Shown: positions 16,926 through 28,154 of the stretch, piece by piece
Numbering within the stretch: the first letter of the stretch is position 1
Layout: each line of letters begins with the position of its first letter
Source: an uncultured Chloroflexia bacterium
GTDB taxonomy: Bacteria > Chloroflexota > Limnocylindria > Limnocylindrales > CSP1-4
Length of the DNA stretch: 64,000 nucleotides
Assembly (NCBI GenBank): GCA_963781705.1
Contig: CAWAGP010000010.1
Coordinates: 746,767-810,766, forward strand
Reading direction: 5' to 3'
Position numbers and translations under genes: made by a program
Notes under the pieces: model-generated
The model's database searches: none
What the model was told of the DNA's origin: nothing
The model's input: only the letters and a program-made list of their open reading frames with translations

Positions 16926-17936
16926 CTAGTGTTCGAGCGGTCGGCCGCTGCGGACGACGGTAATTGCGTTCTCGAGCCTGAGCTTGGCGATAGTCAGGTA
17001 TTTGGCCAGGTTGGCGCGGTCGACCTCATTGATGCCGGACAGCAGTTGAGCGGAACCGAGGACGTCGCCGAGCTGCTCGAGTGCCTCGGCCAGGCTGGCC
17101 TTGGCGGCCACCAGTGCGTTGTCGCCGGCGGCCGCCGGTCGTCTGCTGGCGCTGGCCGCGAACTCATCCTCCGCTGTCGCCTGCACGGCCTCCGCGCCCG
17201 GCTCGGCCTGCCCGGACTCCGGCTGGCTGGCCCGGTGGCGCCCCTCGATCTTCTCGCGCAGCTTGACCAGGCTGAGTTCGCCGGCGGCGACCTGCTCGGC
17301 CAGTCGGCGCCGCTTGCGCGGGTCCTCAACCTTGAGCAGTTCATAGGCGTGGGAAAGCGTGTCTTTGCGCAAAGACACAAGCTGCTTGATCTCGGTTGGC
17401 GCGCCCGCCAGTCGCAGGCGGTTCTCGATGTAGCCCTTGTCCTTGCCCATCTTCTGCGCTAGTCGGCGGACGCTGTAGCCATGCTCGGTCGTCATCCGGT
17501 CGTAGATCATCGCTTCTTCGAGCGGCGACAGGTCCTCGCGCTGCAGGTTCTCGATGATGCCGATCTCGAGCGCCGTGTCGTCGTCGAGCTGCTCGATGAG
17601 GGCCGGAATCTCGCTCAGGCCCGCCGCGCGCGCCGCCCGCCAGCGACGTTCGCCGGCGACCAACTGGTACCGATGCGGCTCGCCAACGGGCCGTACGAGG
17701 ACCGGCTGGAGCACGCCGTGCTCGCGGATGGATGCCGCGAGGTCGGCCAGGGCAGCCTCGTCGAAATTCATGCGTGGCTGGTCGGGATTGGGTGTGATCC
17801 GCTCGAGCGCGACGTTGCGCACGCCGGCGGGCCGATCCGTCCCCTCGGGCGTCAGCAGGCTGAGGATGGCCGGCGACAGCTCGCGCTCTTCGGAAAGCCG
17901 GCGGGCAGCCGTACCGCGGAAGTCGGGTCTAGCCAA
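16926..17936 (-). CDS. parB: Chromosome partitioning protein ParB/Spo0J
   Basis: ERITPNPDQPRMNFDE, GVLQPVLVRP and the LVAGERRWRAA arginine patch, followed by an HTH region. The gene overlaps parA by 8 nt. Confidence 0.93.
   Translation of the reverse strand: MARPDFRGTAARRLSEERELSPAILSLLTPEGTDRPAGVRNVALERITPNPDQPRMNFDEAALADLAASIREHGVLQPVLVRPVGEPHRYQLVAGERRWRAARAAGLSEIPALIEQLDDDTALEIGIIENLQREDLSPLEEAMIYDRMTTEHGYSVRRLAQKMGKDKGYIENRLRLAGAPTEIKQLVSLRKDTLSHAYELLKVEDPRKRRRLAEQVAAGELSLVKLREKIEGRHRASQPESGQAEPGAEAVQATAEDEFAASASRRPAAAGDNALVAAKASLAEALEQLGDVLGSAQLLSGINEVDRANLAKYLTIAKLRLENAITVVRSGRPLEH
17359..17378. promoter_or_regulatory. Perfect 20-bp palindrome GTGTCTTTGCGCAAAGACAC inside the parB coding sequence (candidate protein-binding or parS-like site)
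   Basis: Read directly from the sequence. 18 of its 20 nt recur exactly at 20434-20451. Confidence 0.45.
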
Positions 17937-18744
17937 GTTCGATCACCTCCCGTGCCAATCCGCGATAGGCACGTGCTGCGTCGGTGTTGCTCGCGTAGGA
18001 CGTCACCGGCCGACCAACCAGCGGTGCCTCACCGAGGCGCACCGTCTGTTTGATCATGTTCTCGAAGATATGGTGATCGCCCATGTCGCGCAACTCCTGC
18101 AGCATGTCGCGCCCGAGCAGCGTGCGACTGTCGTAGAAGGTGGGCAGCAGGCCGAGTACGCGCAACCTGGGGTTGAGGCCCTTCGAACGGATCTGATTGA
18201 TCACGTTGGTCAGCGCCGAGAAGCCCTTCAGCGCGTAGTACTGCGTCTGCACCGGGATGATCACGCCATCCGCGGCGACGAGTGAGTTCAGGGTTAGTAA
18301 GCCGAGGGTGGGCGGGCAGTCGATCAGCACGTAGTCATAGTCGGTCACGGCGGGGGACTGCAGGACTTCGCGCAGCGCCTGCTCGCGACCGATGCTGCTG
18401 AAGAGCATGTTTTCTGTCGCCGACAGATCGATCGTGGCCGGTGCGACATCGACGCCGGTCGTCTGGGTGGGGAGGATCACGTCCTCGATGTCGACCTTGG
18501 GTTCGACCAGGACGTCTGCCATCGACCGCTCGACGTTGCGCATGTTGATTCCCAGCCCGACGCTCAGGTTGGACTGCGGATCCATGTCAACGCACAGAAC
18601 GCGGTAGCCCTGCTCCGCCAGCGATCCGGCCAGGTTGATGGCCGTGGTTGTCTTGCCTACGCCGCCCTTCTGGTTCGCGATGGCGATGATCCTGGCCAAC
18701 GGTCTGTGACCTCTTCTGTGGTGGGACGCGGGACGCGCCGTCAA
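17929..18744 (-). CDS. parA: Chromosome partitioning ATPase ParA/Soj
   Basis: IIAIANQKGGVGKTTTAINLA (deviant Walker A) and CVDMDPQSN. The exact start is uncertain. Confidence 0.93.
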   Translation of the reverse strand: MTARPASHHRRGHRPLARIIAIANQKGGVGKTTTAINLAGSLAEQGYRVLCVDMDPQSNLSVGLGINMRNVERSMADVLVEPKVDIEDVILPTQTTGVDVAPATIDLSATENMLFSSIGREQALREVLQSPAVTDYDYVLIDCPPTLGLLTLNSLVAADGVIIPVQTQYYALKGFSALTNVINQIRSKGLNPRLRVLGLLPTFYDSRTLLGRDMLQELRDMGDHHIFENMIKQTVRLGEAPLVGRPVTSYASNTDAARAYRGLAREVIELG

Positions 18745-18777
18745 TCTAGCAAGAATGCGGCTGGTCGCGACACTCGG

Positions 18778-18844
18778 TTATCCACAGCTTGGCGTACTTG
18801 TTCACCGAATCTGTGGACATCCGGCATTGCTACGATAGTCCACG
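18778..18844. promoter_or_regulatory. Cluster of DnaA-box-like 9-mers in the parA/pccB divergent intergenic region
   Basis: TTATCCACA (18778-18786) matches the consensus perfectly. The others are TTGTTCACC (18798-18806), TGTGGACAT (18812-18820; reverse complement ATGTCCACA) and TAGTCCACG (18836-18844). Local GC is visibly lower than in the flanks. Confidence 0.5.
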
Positions 18845-18877
18845 TCGCCCTATTAACGGCCCCCGGAGGTTTTCGCC

Positions 18878-20431
18878 GTGTCGTCGCAGCAGCAGGAAAT
18901 CGAGCGGTTGCTCGCGCTGCGCGACCAGGCGCGTGAAGGCGGCGGCGCGGAGCGCATCGCCCAGCAGCACGAGCGCGGCAAGCTCACCGCGCACGAGCGC
19001 GTCGAACTGCTGTTGGATCCGGGCTCCTTCGTCGAGTTCGACGCGTTCGTCACCCACCGCGCGACGGACTTCGGACTCGAGCGGCAGCGCCCGCTGGGCG
19101 ACGGCGTGGTGGTCGGTCATGGAACTGTCGATGGGCGTCTCGTGTTCGTCTTCAGTCAGGACTTCACCGTTTTTGGTGGGTCGCTCTCGGAGGCGCACGC
19201 CGAAAAGATCTGCAAGGTGATGGACCTGGCGGTGAGCGTCGGCGCGCCGATCATCGGCCTCAACGACTCCGGTGGCGCGCGCATCCAGGAGGGCGTGGTC
19301 TCACTCGGCGGCTACGCCGACATATTCCTGCGCAATACGCTTGCCTCGGGTGTGGTGCCGCAGATATCGCTGGTGCTCGGGCCGTGCGCCGGCGGCGCGG
19401 TGTACTCGCCGGCGATCACCGACTTCACGATCATGGTCGAGGGCACCAGCTACATGTTCGTGACCGGCCCCGATGTGGTGCGCAGCGTCACGCACGAGGA
19501 AGTCGATCGCGAGCGGCTGGGCGGTGCATCCGTCCACACGACCATCAGCGGCGTGGCGCACCTGGCCGCGCACGACGAGGCACAGGCGATGGATCTGTGT
19601 CGCGAGTTGCTTGCCCACCTGCCGCAGAACAACCTCGAGCGTGCCCGGCCGCGTGCGACCGATGATCCGGCGGACCGCCAGGACACGCACCTGAATGATG
19701 TCGTGCCCGCCGATCCCGCGCAGCCGTACGACATGCACGAAGTGATCCTGAGCATCATCGACGACGAACGCTTCCTTGAGCTGCAACCGGCGTGGGCGGC
19801 CAACATCATCGTTGGCTTCGCGCACATCGGCGGCCGTAGCGTGGGCGTGGTGGCACACCAGCCGGCGGTGCTGGCCGGCGCGCTGGATATCGATGCGTCG
19901 GACAAGGCCGCGCGTTTCGTGCGAACCTGCGACGCGTTCAATGTGCCGCTGTTGACCCTTGTCGATGTGCCCGGTTTCCTGCCGGGCGTAGCCCAAGAGC
20001 ACGGCGGCATCATTCGCCACGGGGCCAAGCTGTTGTACGCCTACGCCGAGGCGACGGTGCCCAAAGTGACGGTCATCACGCGCAAGGCCTATGGCGGCGC
20101 GTATGACGTCATGAGCAGCAAGCACATCCGCGGCGACGTCAACCTCGCCTGGCCGAGTGCGCGCATCGCGGTGATGGGCATCGAAGGCGCCGTGAACATC
20201 ATCTTCCGCGAGAACCTCGCCACGGCCGACGACCCGCAGGCAGAGCGCGTGCGGCTGGCCGCCGAATACGAGGAACGGTTCGCGAACCCGTACGTCGCCG
20301 CAGGCCGTGGTTACGTGGACGACGTGATCATCCCGGCGGAGACTCGCCCGCGCGTCATCTCGGCGCTACAGATGCTCGACGGTAAGCGCCAGTCGAACCT
20401 GCCGCGCAAACACGGCAACATTCCTCTCTGA
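18878..20431 (+). CDS. pccB: Acyl-CoA (propionyl-CoA/methylmalonyl-CoA) carboxyltransferase beta subunit
   Basis: 517 aa. [29 protein letters not shown] and the second CT domain ([14 protein letters not shown]) are typical PccB/AccD5-type sequences. GTG start. Confidence 0.92.
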   Translation: MSSQQQEIERLLALRDQAREGGGAERIAQQHERGKLTAHERVELLLDPGSFVEFDAFVTHRATDFGLERQRPLGDGVVVGHGTVDGRLVFVFSQDFTVFGGSLSEAHAEKICKVMDLAVSVGAPIIGLNDSGGARIQEGVVSLGGYADIFLRNTLASGVVPQISLVLGPCAGGAVYSPAITDFTIMVEGTSYMFVTGPDVVRSVTHEEVDRERLGGASVHTTISGVAHLAAHDEAQAMDLCRELLAHLPQNNLERARPRATDDPADRQDTHLNDVVPADPAQPYDMHEVILSIIDDERFLELQPAWAANIIVGFAHIGGRSVGVVAHQPAVLAGALDIDASDKAARFVRTCDAFNVPLLTLVDVPGFLPGVAQEHGGIIRHGAKLLYAYAEATVPKVTVITRKAYGGAYDVMSSKHIRGDVNLAWPSARIAVMGIEGAVNIIFRENLATADDPQAERVRLAAEYEERFANPYVAAGRGYVDDVIIPAETRPRVISALQMLDGKRQSNLPRKHGNIPL

Positions 20432-20433
20432 CG

Positions 20434-20451
20434 GTGTCTTTGCGCAAAGAC
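20434..20451. promoter_or_regulatory. Second copy of the palindrome (GTGTCTTTGCGCAAAGAC; 16-bp perfect core) spanning the biotin carboxylase start
   Basis: Identical over 18 nt to 17359-17376. It sits 2 nt after the pccB stop. Confidence 0.45.
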
Positions 20452-21993
20452 GCTCCCTTCCGGTCGCTGCTGGTCGCCAATCGAGGGGAGATCGCGCTGC
20501 GCATCATCCGCGCCTGCCACGAGCTGGGGATCGAGGCGATCGCCGTGTACTCCGATGCCGATCGCGACGCAGTGCACGTCCGTGCCGCCGACCGGGCGGT
20601 CCACCTGGGCGGTTCCGCGCCGCGCGACAGCTACCTGAATCTCGAAGCGATCATGGCCGCCGCCCGCGCAGTGGACGCCGCGGCGCTTCATCCCGGCTAC
20701 GGCTTCCTGTCTGAGCAACCGGCGCTGGCCGAGGCATGCGCGGCCGCCGGCGTCGTGTTCGTCGGCCCGGCGCCGGAAACCCTGGCGCAGCTGGGTGACA
20801 AGCTCGCCGCGCGGGCGCGGGCACAGGCGGCGGGCGTGCCGGTGGTGCCGGGCACATTTGCGCCGGTGCGGCCAGATGAGTCACAGGCGGCCCTGCTCGC
20901 CGAGGCCGGCCGGATCGGTTTTCCCCTGATGGTCAAGGCGGCGGCCGGCGGTGGCGGCCGCGGCATGCGCCGAGTCGCCGCCGCCACAGACCTGGCCGAG
21001 GCACTGAACTCCGCGGCGCGTGAGGCGGCCGCAGCCTTCGGCGACGGCTCGGTCTACCTCGAGCGCTATGTCGAGAGCGGGCGACACATCGAGGTCCAGT
21101 TGATGGGCGACGCGCAGGGCACCATCGTTGCCCTGGGTGAACGCGACTGCTCGGTGCAACGGCGGCATCAGAAGCTGGTCGAAGAGGCTCCCGCGCCTGG
21201 CCTGGATTCAGTCCAGCGACAGCGCTTGCACCAGCTGGGCGTGCGCGTCGCGCAGACCGTCGGGCTGCGCAATGCCGCCACCGCGGAGTTCCTGATGACC
21301 GCCGATGGTGAGTTCTGGTTCCTTGAGGTCAACGCCCGGCTACAGGTCGAACACGGGGTCACCGAGCTGGTCAGTGGTCTCGACCTGGTGCACGAGCAAC
21401 TGCGGCTCGCCGCCGGTGAGCCGCTTTCAGACCAGGCGCGAGAAGTCGCGGCCACGGCTCATCAGCCGGGTCGCCATGCCATCGAAGTCAGGCTCAGCGC
21501 GGAGGATCCGGCGCGCCAGTTCGCGCCCGCACCGGGCACGGTCACGCGCTGGCGGATGCCGGCCGGACCGGGAGTTCGGATCGACGCGGGAGTGGAGGAG
21601 GGGAGCGTCGTCAGCCCGGACTATGATCCCCTGCTGGGCAAGCTGCTGGTCGTGGCGCGGGACCGGCCGGCCACCATCGCTCGCCTGGCTCGCGCCCTGG
21701 GCGAGGTCGAGGTGGGGGGCCTGCAGACGACCCTGCCGTTCGACCGATGGCTGCTGACGCGGCCCGAGTTCAGCCTGGCGGCCGACCTGGCGACCGATCT
21801 TGTCGATCGTCTGTGGGATCCGGCGCCATTGATCGGCGCGTCGGCACTGCGCGCCGCCGAGCTGGCGGCGCGCGAGGTCCTAGGCCGCGTCGGTCACGGG
21901 GCTACGCCCGCGGACATAGACGGCACCGGCCAGGATGGCGACGCGGCATGGTGGCGTGCCGGCATCGCCGACGCTCTCGAGGCGCCGCGGTGA
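20434..21993 (+). CDS. accC: Biotin carboxylase subunit of acetyl/propionyl-CoA carboxylase
   Basis: LLVANRGEIALRIIRA, an ATP-grasp region (MVKAAAGGGGRGMR) and EVNARLQVEH. The start is GTG 20434 or TTG 20440. Confidence 0.92.
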   Translation: MSLRKDAPFRSLLVANRGEIALRIIRACHELGIEAIAVYSDADRDAVHVRAADRAVHLGGSAPRDSYLNLEAIMAAARAVDAAALHPGYGFLSEQPALAEACAAAGVVFVGPAPETLAQLGDKLAARARAQAAGVPVVPGTFAPVRPDESQAALLAEAGRIGFPLMVKAAAGGGGRGMRRVAAATDLAEALNSAAREAAAAFGDGSVYLERYVESGRHIEVQLMGDAQGTIVALGERDCSVQRRHQKLVEEAPAPGLDSVQRQRLHQLGVRVAQTVGLRNAATAEFLMTADGEFWFLEVNARLQVEHGVTELVSGLDLVHEQLRLAAGEPLSDQAREVAATAHQPGRHAIEVRLSAEDPARQFAPAPGTVTRWRMPAGPGVRIDAGVEEGSVVSPDYDPLLGKLLVVARDRPATIARLARALGEVEVGGLQTTLPFDRWLLTRPEFSLAADLATDLVDRLWDPAPLIGASALRAAELAAREVLGRVGHGATPADIDGTGQDGDAAWWRAGIADALEAPR

Positions 21994-22469
21994 GCGGGCA
22001 CGATGCACTGCGCGTCACGGTGCCGTCCGTGCCGCTGGAGGTCCAGCTCGAGCCCGACCAGATCAGGGCCGTCGTGCCAGCGGGGCACGGCGAGCGGGTC
22101 ACGTCGCTGCCACCGAGTCGATCGTCGCGGCCGGGTGTGCGCCGGCTGTCGGTCGAGGTTGACGGTTGGACATTCGAGGTGCTCATCGAGCCCGCTCGCC
22201 GCGCCGAGCTGCGCGAGCGCGCCGCACGAGCGGCCGCCGCTCACCAGGCCCATACGCGTCTCACCCTGCGGGCGCAGATTCCGGGCCGCATCGTGCGCGT
22301 TTGGGCGGAGCCCGGGCAACACGTCGAGCAGGGCGAGCGGCTACTGGCAATCGAGGCGATGAAGATGGAGAACGAGGTCCGTTCGCCGCGCGCGGGGGTG
22401 GTGGATGTCGTCAACGTCGAGCTGGGCGGGCGGGTCGAGCGCGACGACGAGCTGCTGACTCTGGGCTAG
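21990..22469 (+). CDS. accB: Biotin carboxyl carrier protein (biotinyl domain)
   Basis: C-terminal [21 protein letters not shown] contains the AMKM biotinylation motif. GTGA overlap with accC. Confidence 0.85.
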   Translation: MSGHDALRVTVPSVPLEVQLEPDQIRAVVPAGHGERVTSLPPSRSSRPGVRRLSVEVDGWTFEVLIEPARRAELRERAARAAAAHQAHTRLTLRAQIPGRIVRVWAEPGQHVEQGERLLAIEAMKMENEVRSPRAGVVDVVNVELGGRVERDDELLTLG

Positions 22470-22489
22470 CACTTAGACTCGTTCACGTC

Positions 22490-24088
<1,599 letters not shown>

Positions 24089-24093
24089 GTCAA

Positions 24094-24555
24094 ATGGAAC
24101 TGCCGTTCGATGTTCCGCGACGCGTCCACCACGTTGCCGTGGTGGTGCGCGATCTCGACGTGGCACTGGGCTTCTACAGAGACACACTGCGCTTGCCGGT
24201 AGAGCTGGTCCTGCCGATTCCCGGCGACGGCGTGCGCATCGCCTTCCTGCCGGTCGGTGAGTCCAAGCTCGAACTGGTCGAGCCAACCGATCCGCAGACC
24301 GGCGTGGCGCGCTACCTCGAGTCGCGCGGGGAGGGCTTCCACCACGTCTGCCTGGAGGTTGCCGACCTGGCGGCCGAACTGGACCGGCTCGCGCGAGCCG
24401 CGGTCGAGCTGATCGATCGCGCGCCGCGCGCCGGCGCGGAGGGCCCCGTTGCGTTCCTGCACCCGCGCAGTTGCCACGGCGTGCTGGTCGAGTTGATCGA
24501 GGCGCCCGGCGGACCCGCCTGGACGCGCCTCGGCATCAGGCCGCTCGCCGGCTGA
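24094..24555 (+). CDS. mce: Methylmalonyl-CoA epimerase (VOC/glyoxalase fold)
   Basis: VHHVAVVVRDLDVALGFY..., ESKLELVEP, GEGFHHVCLEV and HGVLVELIE match the epimerase family. Adjacent to mcm. Confidence 0.88.
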   Translation: MELPFDVPRRVHHVAVVVRDLDVALGFYRDTLRLPVELVLPIPGDGVRIAFLPVGESKLELVEPTDPQTGVARYLESRGEGFHHVCLEVADLAAELDRLARAAVELIDRAPRAGAEGPVAFLHPRSCHGVLVELIEAPGGPAWTRLGIRPLAG

Positions 24556-24576
24556 CCGCCGCGTCTGCCAGATCAC

Positions 24577-27180
24577 ATGCGCAGCGACCTGCCGACCGGA
24601 ACGGTCACCTTCCTGTTTAGCGACATCGAGGGTTCGACCAGGCTCCTGACCGACCTCGGCGCGGCGTACACCGGGTTGCTCAGCCGTCATCACGCCATAT
24701 GGCGGGCGGCCATTGCCGCGCACGATGGGGTGGAGGTCAAGACCGAGGGCGACGCCTTCTTCGTCGCTTTCCGCCGTGCGCCGGCTGCGGTCGCCTGTGC
24801 CAGCGACGCTCAGCGGGCCCTGTCGGCGGAGGGGTGGCCGGGCGGCCGCAGCGTGCGCGTGAGGGTCGGCATCCACACCGGTGAGGGCGACCTTTCCGAG
24901 AGTGACTACGTGGGCCTCGACGTCCATCGTGCGGCGCGCATCGCGGCGGCCGCGCACGGCGGTCAGGTCCTCCTGTCGGCGGCGGCTCGCGCGCTTGTCG
25001 CGCATGCGCTGCCCGTCGGCGTGACGCTGCGTGACCTGGGCGAACACCGGCTGAAGGACCTCACCGAACCAGTCGCTTTGTACCAGCTCGAGATCGTCGG
25101 TCTGCCGGCCGATTTCCCGCCACTGCGTGCACTCGGACGCGGCAACCTGCCCGAACAGCTGACGAGTTTCGTGGGGAGGGAGCGTGAGATCGGCGAGGTC
25201 ACCGATCTTCTCCGACATAGCCGGCTGCTGACGCTGACCGGACCCGGCGGCACCGGCAAGACGCGGCTGTCACTGGAGGTTGCCCGACTGGCCGAGGGGG
25301 GGTTCGCCGACGGGGCCTGGTTCGTCCCGTTGGACACCGTCACCGACCCGGCACTCGTGCTGCCGGCCATCGGTCGTGCGCTCGGCGTGCGCGAGGAGGG
25401 CGGTCGGCCGATGGGCGACGCCCTGGTCGATACGATTCGCGAGCGCCACATGCTGTTGGTGCTCGACAACCTCGAGCAGGTCGTTGCCGCGGCGCCGGCC
25501 ATCGCCAGCCTGTTGAGTGGCGCCCCGGCGCCGCGGGTGTTGTGCAGCAGCCGCGAGGCGCTCCGCGTCACGGGCGAACAGGAGTACCCGGTGCCGCCCC
25601 TGGCGCCCGAGCCGGCCACCAGCCTGTTCATCGAGCGCGCCCGCCAGGTGCGCCCCGGGTTTGCGCCGGACGAAAGTGAGCTGGCGGCCATCCGAAGCAT
25701 CTGCGCGGCGCTCGACGACCTGCCCTTGGCGATCGAGCTGGCGGCGGCGCGAACCCGCCTCTTCGCCGTGCCTGCGCTGCTCGAGCGCCTGAGCGATCGG
25801 CTCGCCACGCTCCAGTCGGGAGCGCGCGATCTGCCCGAACGGCAGCGCACGCTGCGCGGTGCGATCGACTGGAGTTACGAGTTGCTCGAACCAATCGAGC
25901 GTGAGGTCTTCGCCCGCCTGGCCGTGTTTGTCGGCAGCTTTGCTCTCGAGGCCGCCGAGGCGATCGTCGATCCACGCGGTGAGTTGGGCCAGGACGTGCT
26001 TGGCGCACTCGGATCGCTCATTGACAAGAGCCTGCTCCGGGCGGAAGAGGGACGCGGTACCGAGCCGCGCTTCGTGATGCTTGAGACGATCCGTGCGTAC
26101 GCCGCCGAGCGACTGGCCGGCGCGACGGTCGAGGGCGACCTACGTGGCCGTCATCTCGCCTACTACCTTGCGCGAGGCGAGACCTTCGAGCCAATGTTCA
26201 CTGGTCGCGACGCCGATCGAACGCTCAACAACGCGCTTGCCGACAACGACAACTTCCGTGCCGCGATCGAGTGGGCACTGGCCGGCGGCGACCTGGCCGC
26301 CGGCCTGCTTATCGGTGGCGCGCTGTGGCGCTACTGGCAGCAGCGCGGCAGGCTGAGCGAAGGGCGGCAGTTGCTGGAGCAACTGCTCGGCTCACCTCAC
26401 TCGGCCGATCATCCCGCGGCCCGGGCCCGAGCCCTGTCCGGCTATGGCGGCGTCGTCTACTGGCAGGGCGAGCACGAACTGGCACGTTCCGTTTACGTCG
26501 AGGCACTCGGTCTCTATCGGGCTGAAGGCGACGAACCGCGGGTGGCCCTGGCACTGTTCGATCTGGCCTTTACCGTCGCCATCGCACGCGAGGTCGACGC
26601 CGCAACGGCGCTGCTCGACGAGGCCTCGGCGATCTATCGTCGACTGGGTGACGAGCGCGGCTGGCTGATGATCGAGCAGGGCAAGGCGGCCGTGGGCATG
26701 ATTGCCGGCGACCTACCTCGGGCGCGCGATGCCGCTGCCGGCCTGGTGCCGGAGTACCGGCGCCTGGGCATGACCTTCCAGGTGGCCGATACGCTCGGAT
26801 TGCTGACCGCGATCGAGGTCCAGCTTGGCAATGTCGAGGGCGCCCGCCGTGCGCTGCAGGAGGCTGGTGAGGTGTTCATGGAAGTCGGCGACGTGTCGTC
26901 GTTCGCGGCGATGTTGCAGTTCGCCGGCAGCGTCGCGCTGCTCGATGGGCGGCCGGCGGACGCAGCGCGGCTGGCTGGCGCGCTGCAGGCCAAGCGCGAC
27001 CGAGGCGGAGCTTTCCTCACGCCGGCCGAAATCATCAACCTGCCTGACCCAGAACATGGCGCGCGCGAGGCCCTGCCGCCAGACGAGTTCGAGGCGGCCT
27101 ACGCCGAGGGCCGGCAGTGGTCGCGCGAGCAGGCCCTTGACTTCGCGATGAACTCAGCCGGGCCGGCTGCCGAACGCTAG
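24577..27180 (+). CDS. Class III adenylate/guanylate cyclase domain fused to a STAND-type ATPase and TPR repeats (no HTH)
   Basis: TVTFLFSDIEGST...KTEGDAFFVAF...RVGIHTGE (cyclase), LTGPGGTGKTRL (Walker A) and a long C-terminal helical repeat region. The architecture resembles the mycobacterial cyclase-ATPase family. Confidence 0.85.
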   Translation: MRSDLPTGTVTFLFSDIEGSTRLLTDLGAAYTGLLSRHHAIWRAAIAAHDGVEVKTEGDAFFVAFRRAPAAVACASDAQRALSAEGWPGGRSVRVRVGIHTGEGDLSESDYVGLDVHRAARIAAAAHGGQVLLSAAARALVAHALPVGVTLRDLGEHRLKDLTEPVALYQLEIVGLPADFPPLRALGRGNLPEQLTSFVGREREIGEVTDLLRHSRLLTLTGPGGTGKTRLSLEVARLAEGGFADGAWFVPLDTVTDPALVLPAIGRALGVREEGGRPMGDALVDTIRERHMLLVLDNLEQVVAAAPAIASLLSGAPAPRVLCSSREALRVTGEQEYPVPPLAPEPATSLFIERARQVRPGFAPDESELAAIRSICAALDDLPLAIELAAARTRLFAVPALLERLSDRLATLQSGARDLPERQRTLRGAIDWSYELLEPIEREVFARLAVFVGSFALEAAEAIVDPRGELGQDVLGALGSLIDKSLLRAEEGRGTEPRFVMLETIRAYAAERLAGATVEGDLRGRHLAYYLARGETFEPMFTGRDADRTLNNALADNDNFRAAIEWALAGGDLAAGLLIGGALWRYWQQRGRLSEGRQLLEQLLGSPHSADHPAARARALSGYGGVVYWQGEHELARSVYVEALGLYRAEGDEPRVALALFDLAFTVAIAREVDAATALLDEASAIYRRLGDERGWLMIEQGKAAVGMIAGDLPRARDAAAGLVPEYRRLGMTFQVADTLGLLTAIEVQLGNVEGARRALQEAGEVFMEVGDVSSFAAMLQFAGSVALLDGRPADAARLAGALQAKRDRGGAFLTPAEIINLPDPEHGAREALPPDEFEAAYAEGRQWSREQALDFAMNSAGPAAER

Positions 27181-28154
27181 AGCTTGTCCCACTCGACCAT
27201 CAGCAGGTCGGGGTTCTCGGCCGCATAGCGCACCGGCACGGTCATGCCCTGGTGCAGCTTGAATGACTGTGTGATCGGCACCATGGCGGCCGATTTGGGC
27301 AGCTTCTTGGGCGCTTGACCTGGGATGTTGAGCGTCATCTCGATCACGTAGACGCGCTCGTCGCCCTGGATCTGGCCGGTGTCCTGCAGCGTGTCAATCG
27401 TGGCTGTCGCCTGCAAGCCGCTCGCACGCAGGTAGGCGCGCAGTTGTTCGACCGTGAAGTTGCCCTGCTGTGCGTTCGCAAACGGGGCCGCAACGCCTTG
27501 CACGCCGCTCGCGGCAAGCGCCGCCTGAACCTGGCTGAGACTCTCGTCGACGGCACCCAGGGCCGGCGGCGCAGCGCTGCCCGGCACGACCCCCATCGCC
27601 GCCACCGGCATGCCCGCGGCCATGGCCGCTATCGCCGGTGCTCCTGTCTGCATAGCCGCCGCCGGCGCTGCGGAGAAGCCAGTCGTTTGCCAATCGATCG
27701 CCAGGCGCTGCGGATTGGACGGATCAACGCGCACGTTCAGTGGCGCACCGGACGACAGCCGGCCGAGCAGCATCAGCGGTACGAACTCGTGGTGCTTGGC
27801 GGCATAAGGCGCCTGGCCGGGTAGGCTGACCATCAGGTCCATCGAGATCTGCGGCTGTTCGTTGAGGTACATGCCGGTCTGGGTCATGCCGGTGATCGTG
27901 GCCTGGCCGGCCGTGCCCGTGCTGAGCAGTTGGTCAGTCGCGGCGGCACGGTTGCCGACGACGATGCCGGCAACGATCAGGATGATGCCGATGAGCGCCA
28001 TGAAGCCGCCCGTCGCCAACATCGCGCCGCCGGCGTAGGGGACCGAGCCGAGGGCGATCGCCATGATCGCGCCGACGATGGCCAGAATGACGCCGGTGAT
28101 GATCAGCCATAGCCTCGAGTAGCGACCAAAGGTCGACCCGCTGAATTGAGACAC
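27177..28154 (-). CDS. Membrane protein with two N-terminal TM helices and two beta-rich (DUF3592-like) modules separated by an Ala/Pro/Met linker
   Basis: GTG start with GGGAGGA 4 nt upstream. Hydrophobic N-terminus. Its stop shares the CTAG tetranucleotide with the convergent cyclase gene. Confidence 0.65.
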   Translation of the reverse strand: MSQFSGSTFGRYSRLWLIITGVILAIVGAIMAIALGSVPYAGGAMLATGGFMALIGIILIVAGIVVGNRAAATDQLLSTGTAGQATITGMTQTGMYLNEQPQISMDLMVSLPGQAPYAAKHHEFVPLMLLGRLSSGAPLNVRVDPSNPQRLAIDWQTTGFSAAPAAAMQTGAPAIAAMAAGMPVAAMGVVPGSAAPPALGAVDESLSQVQAALAASGVQGVAAPFANAQQGNFTVEQLRAYLRASGLQATATIDTLQDTGQIQGDERVYVIEMTLNIPGQAPKKLPKSAAMVPITQSFKLHQGMTVPVRYAAENPDLLMVEWDKL

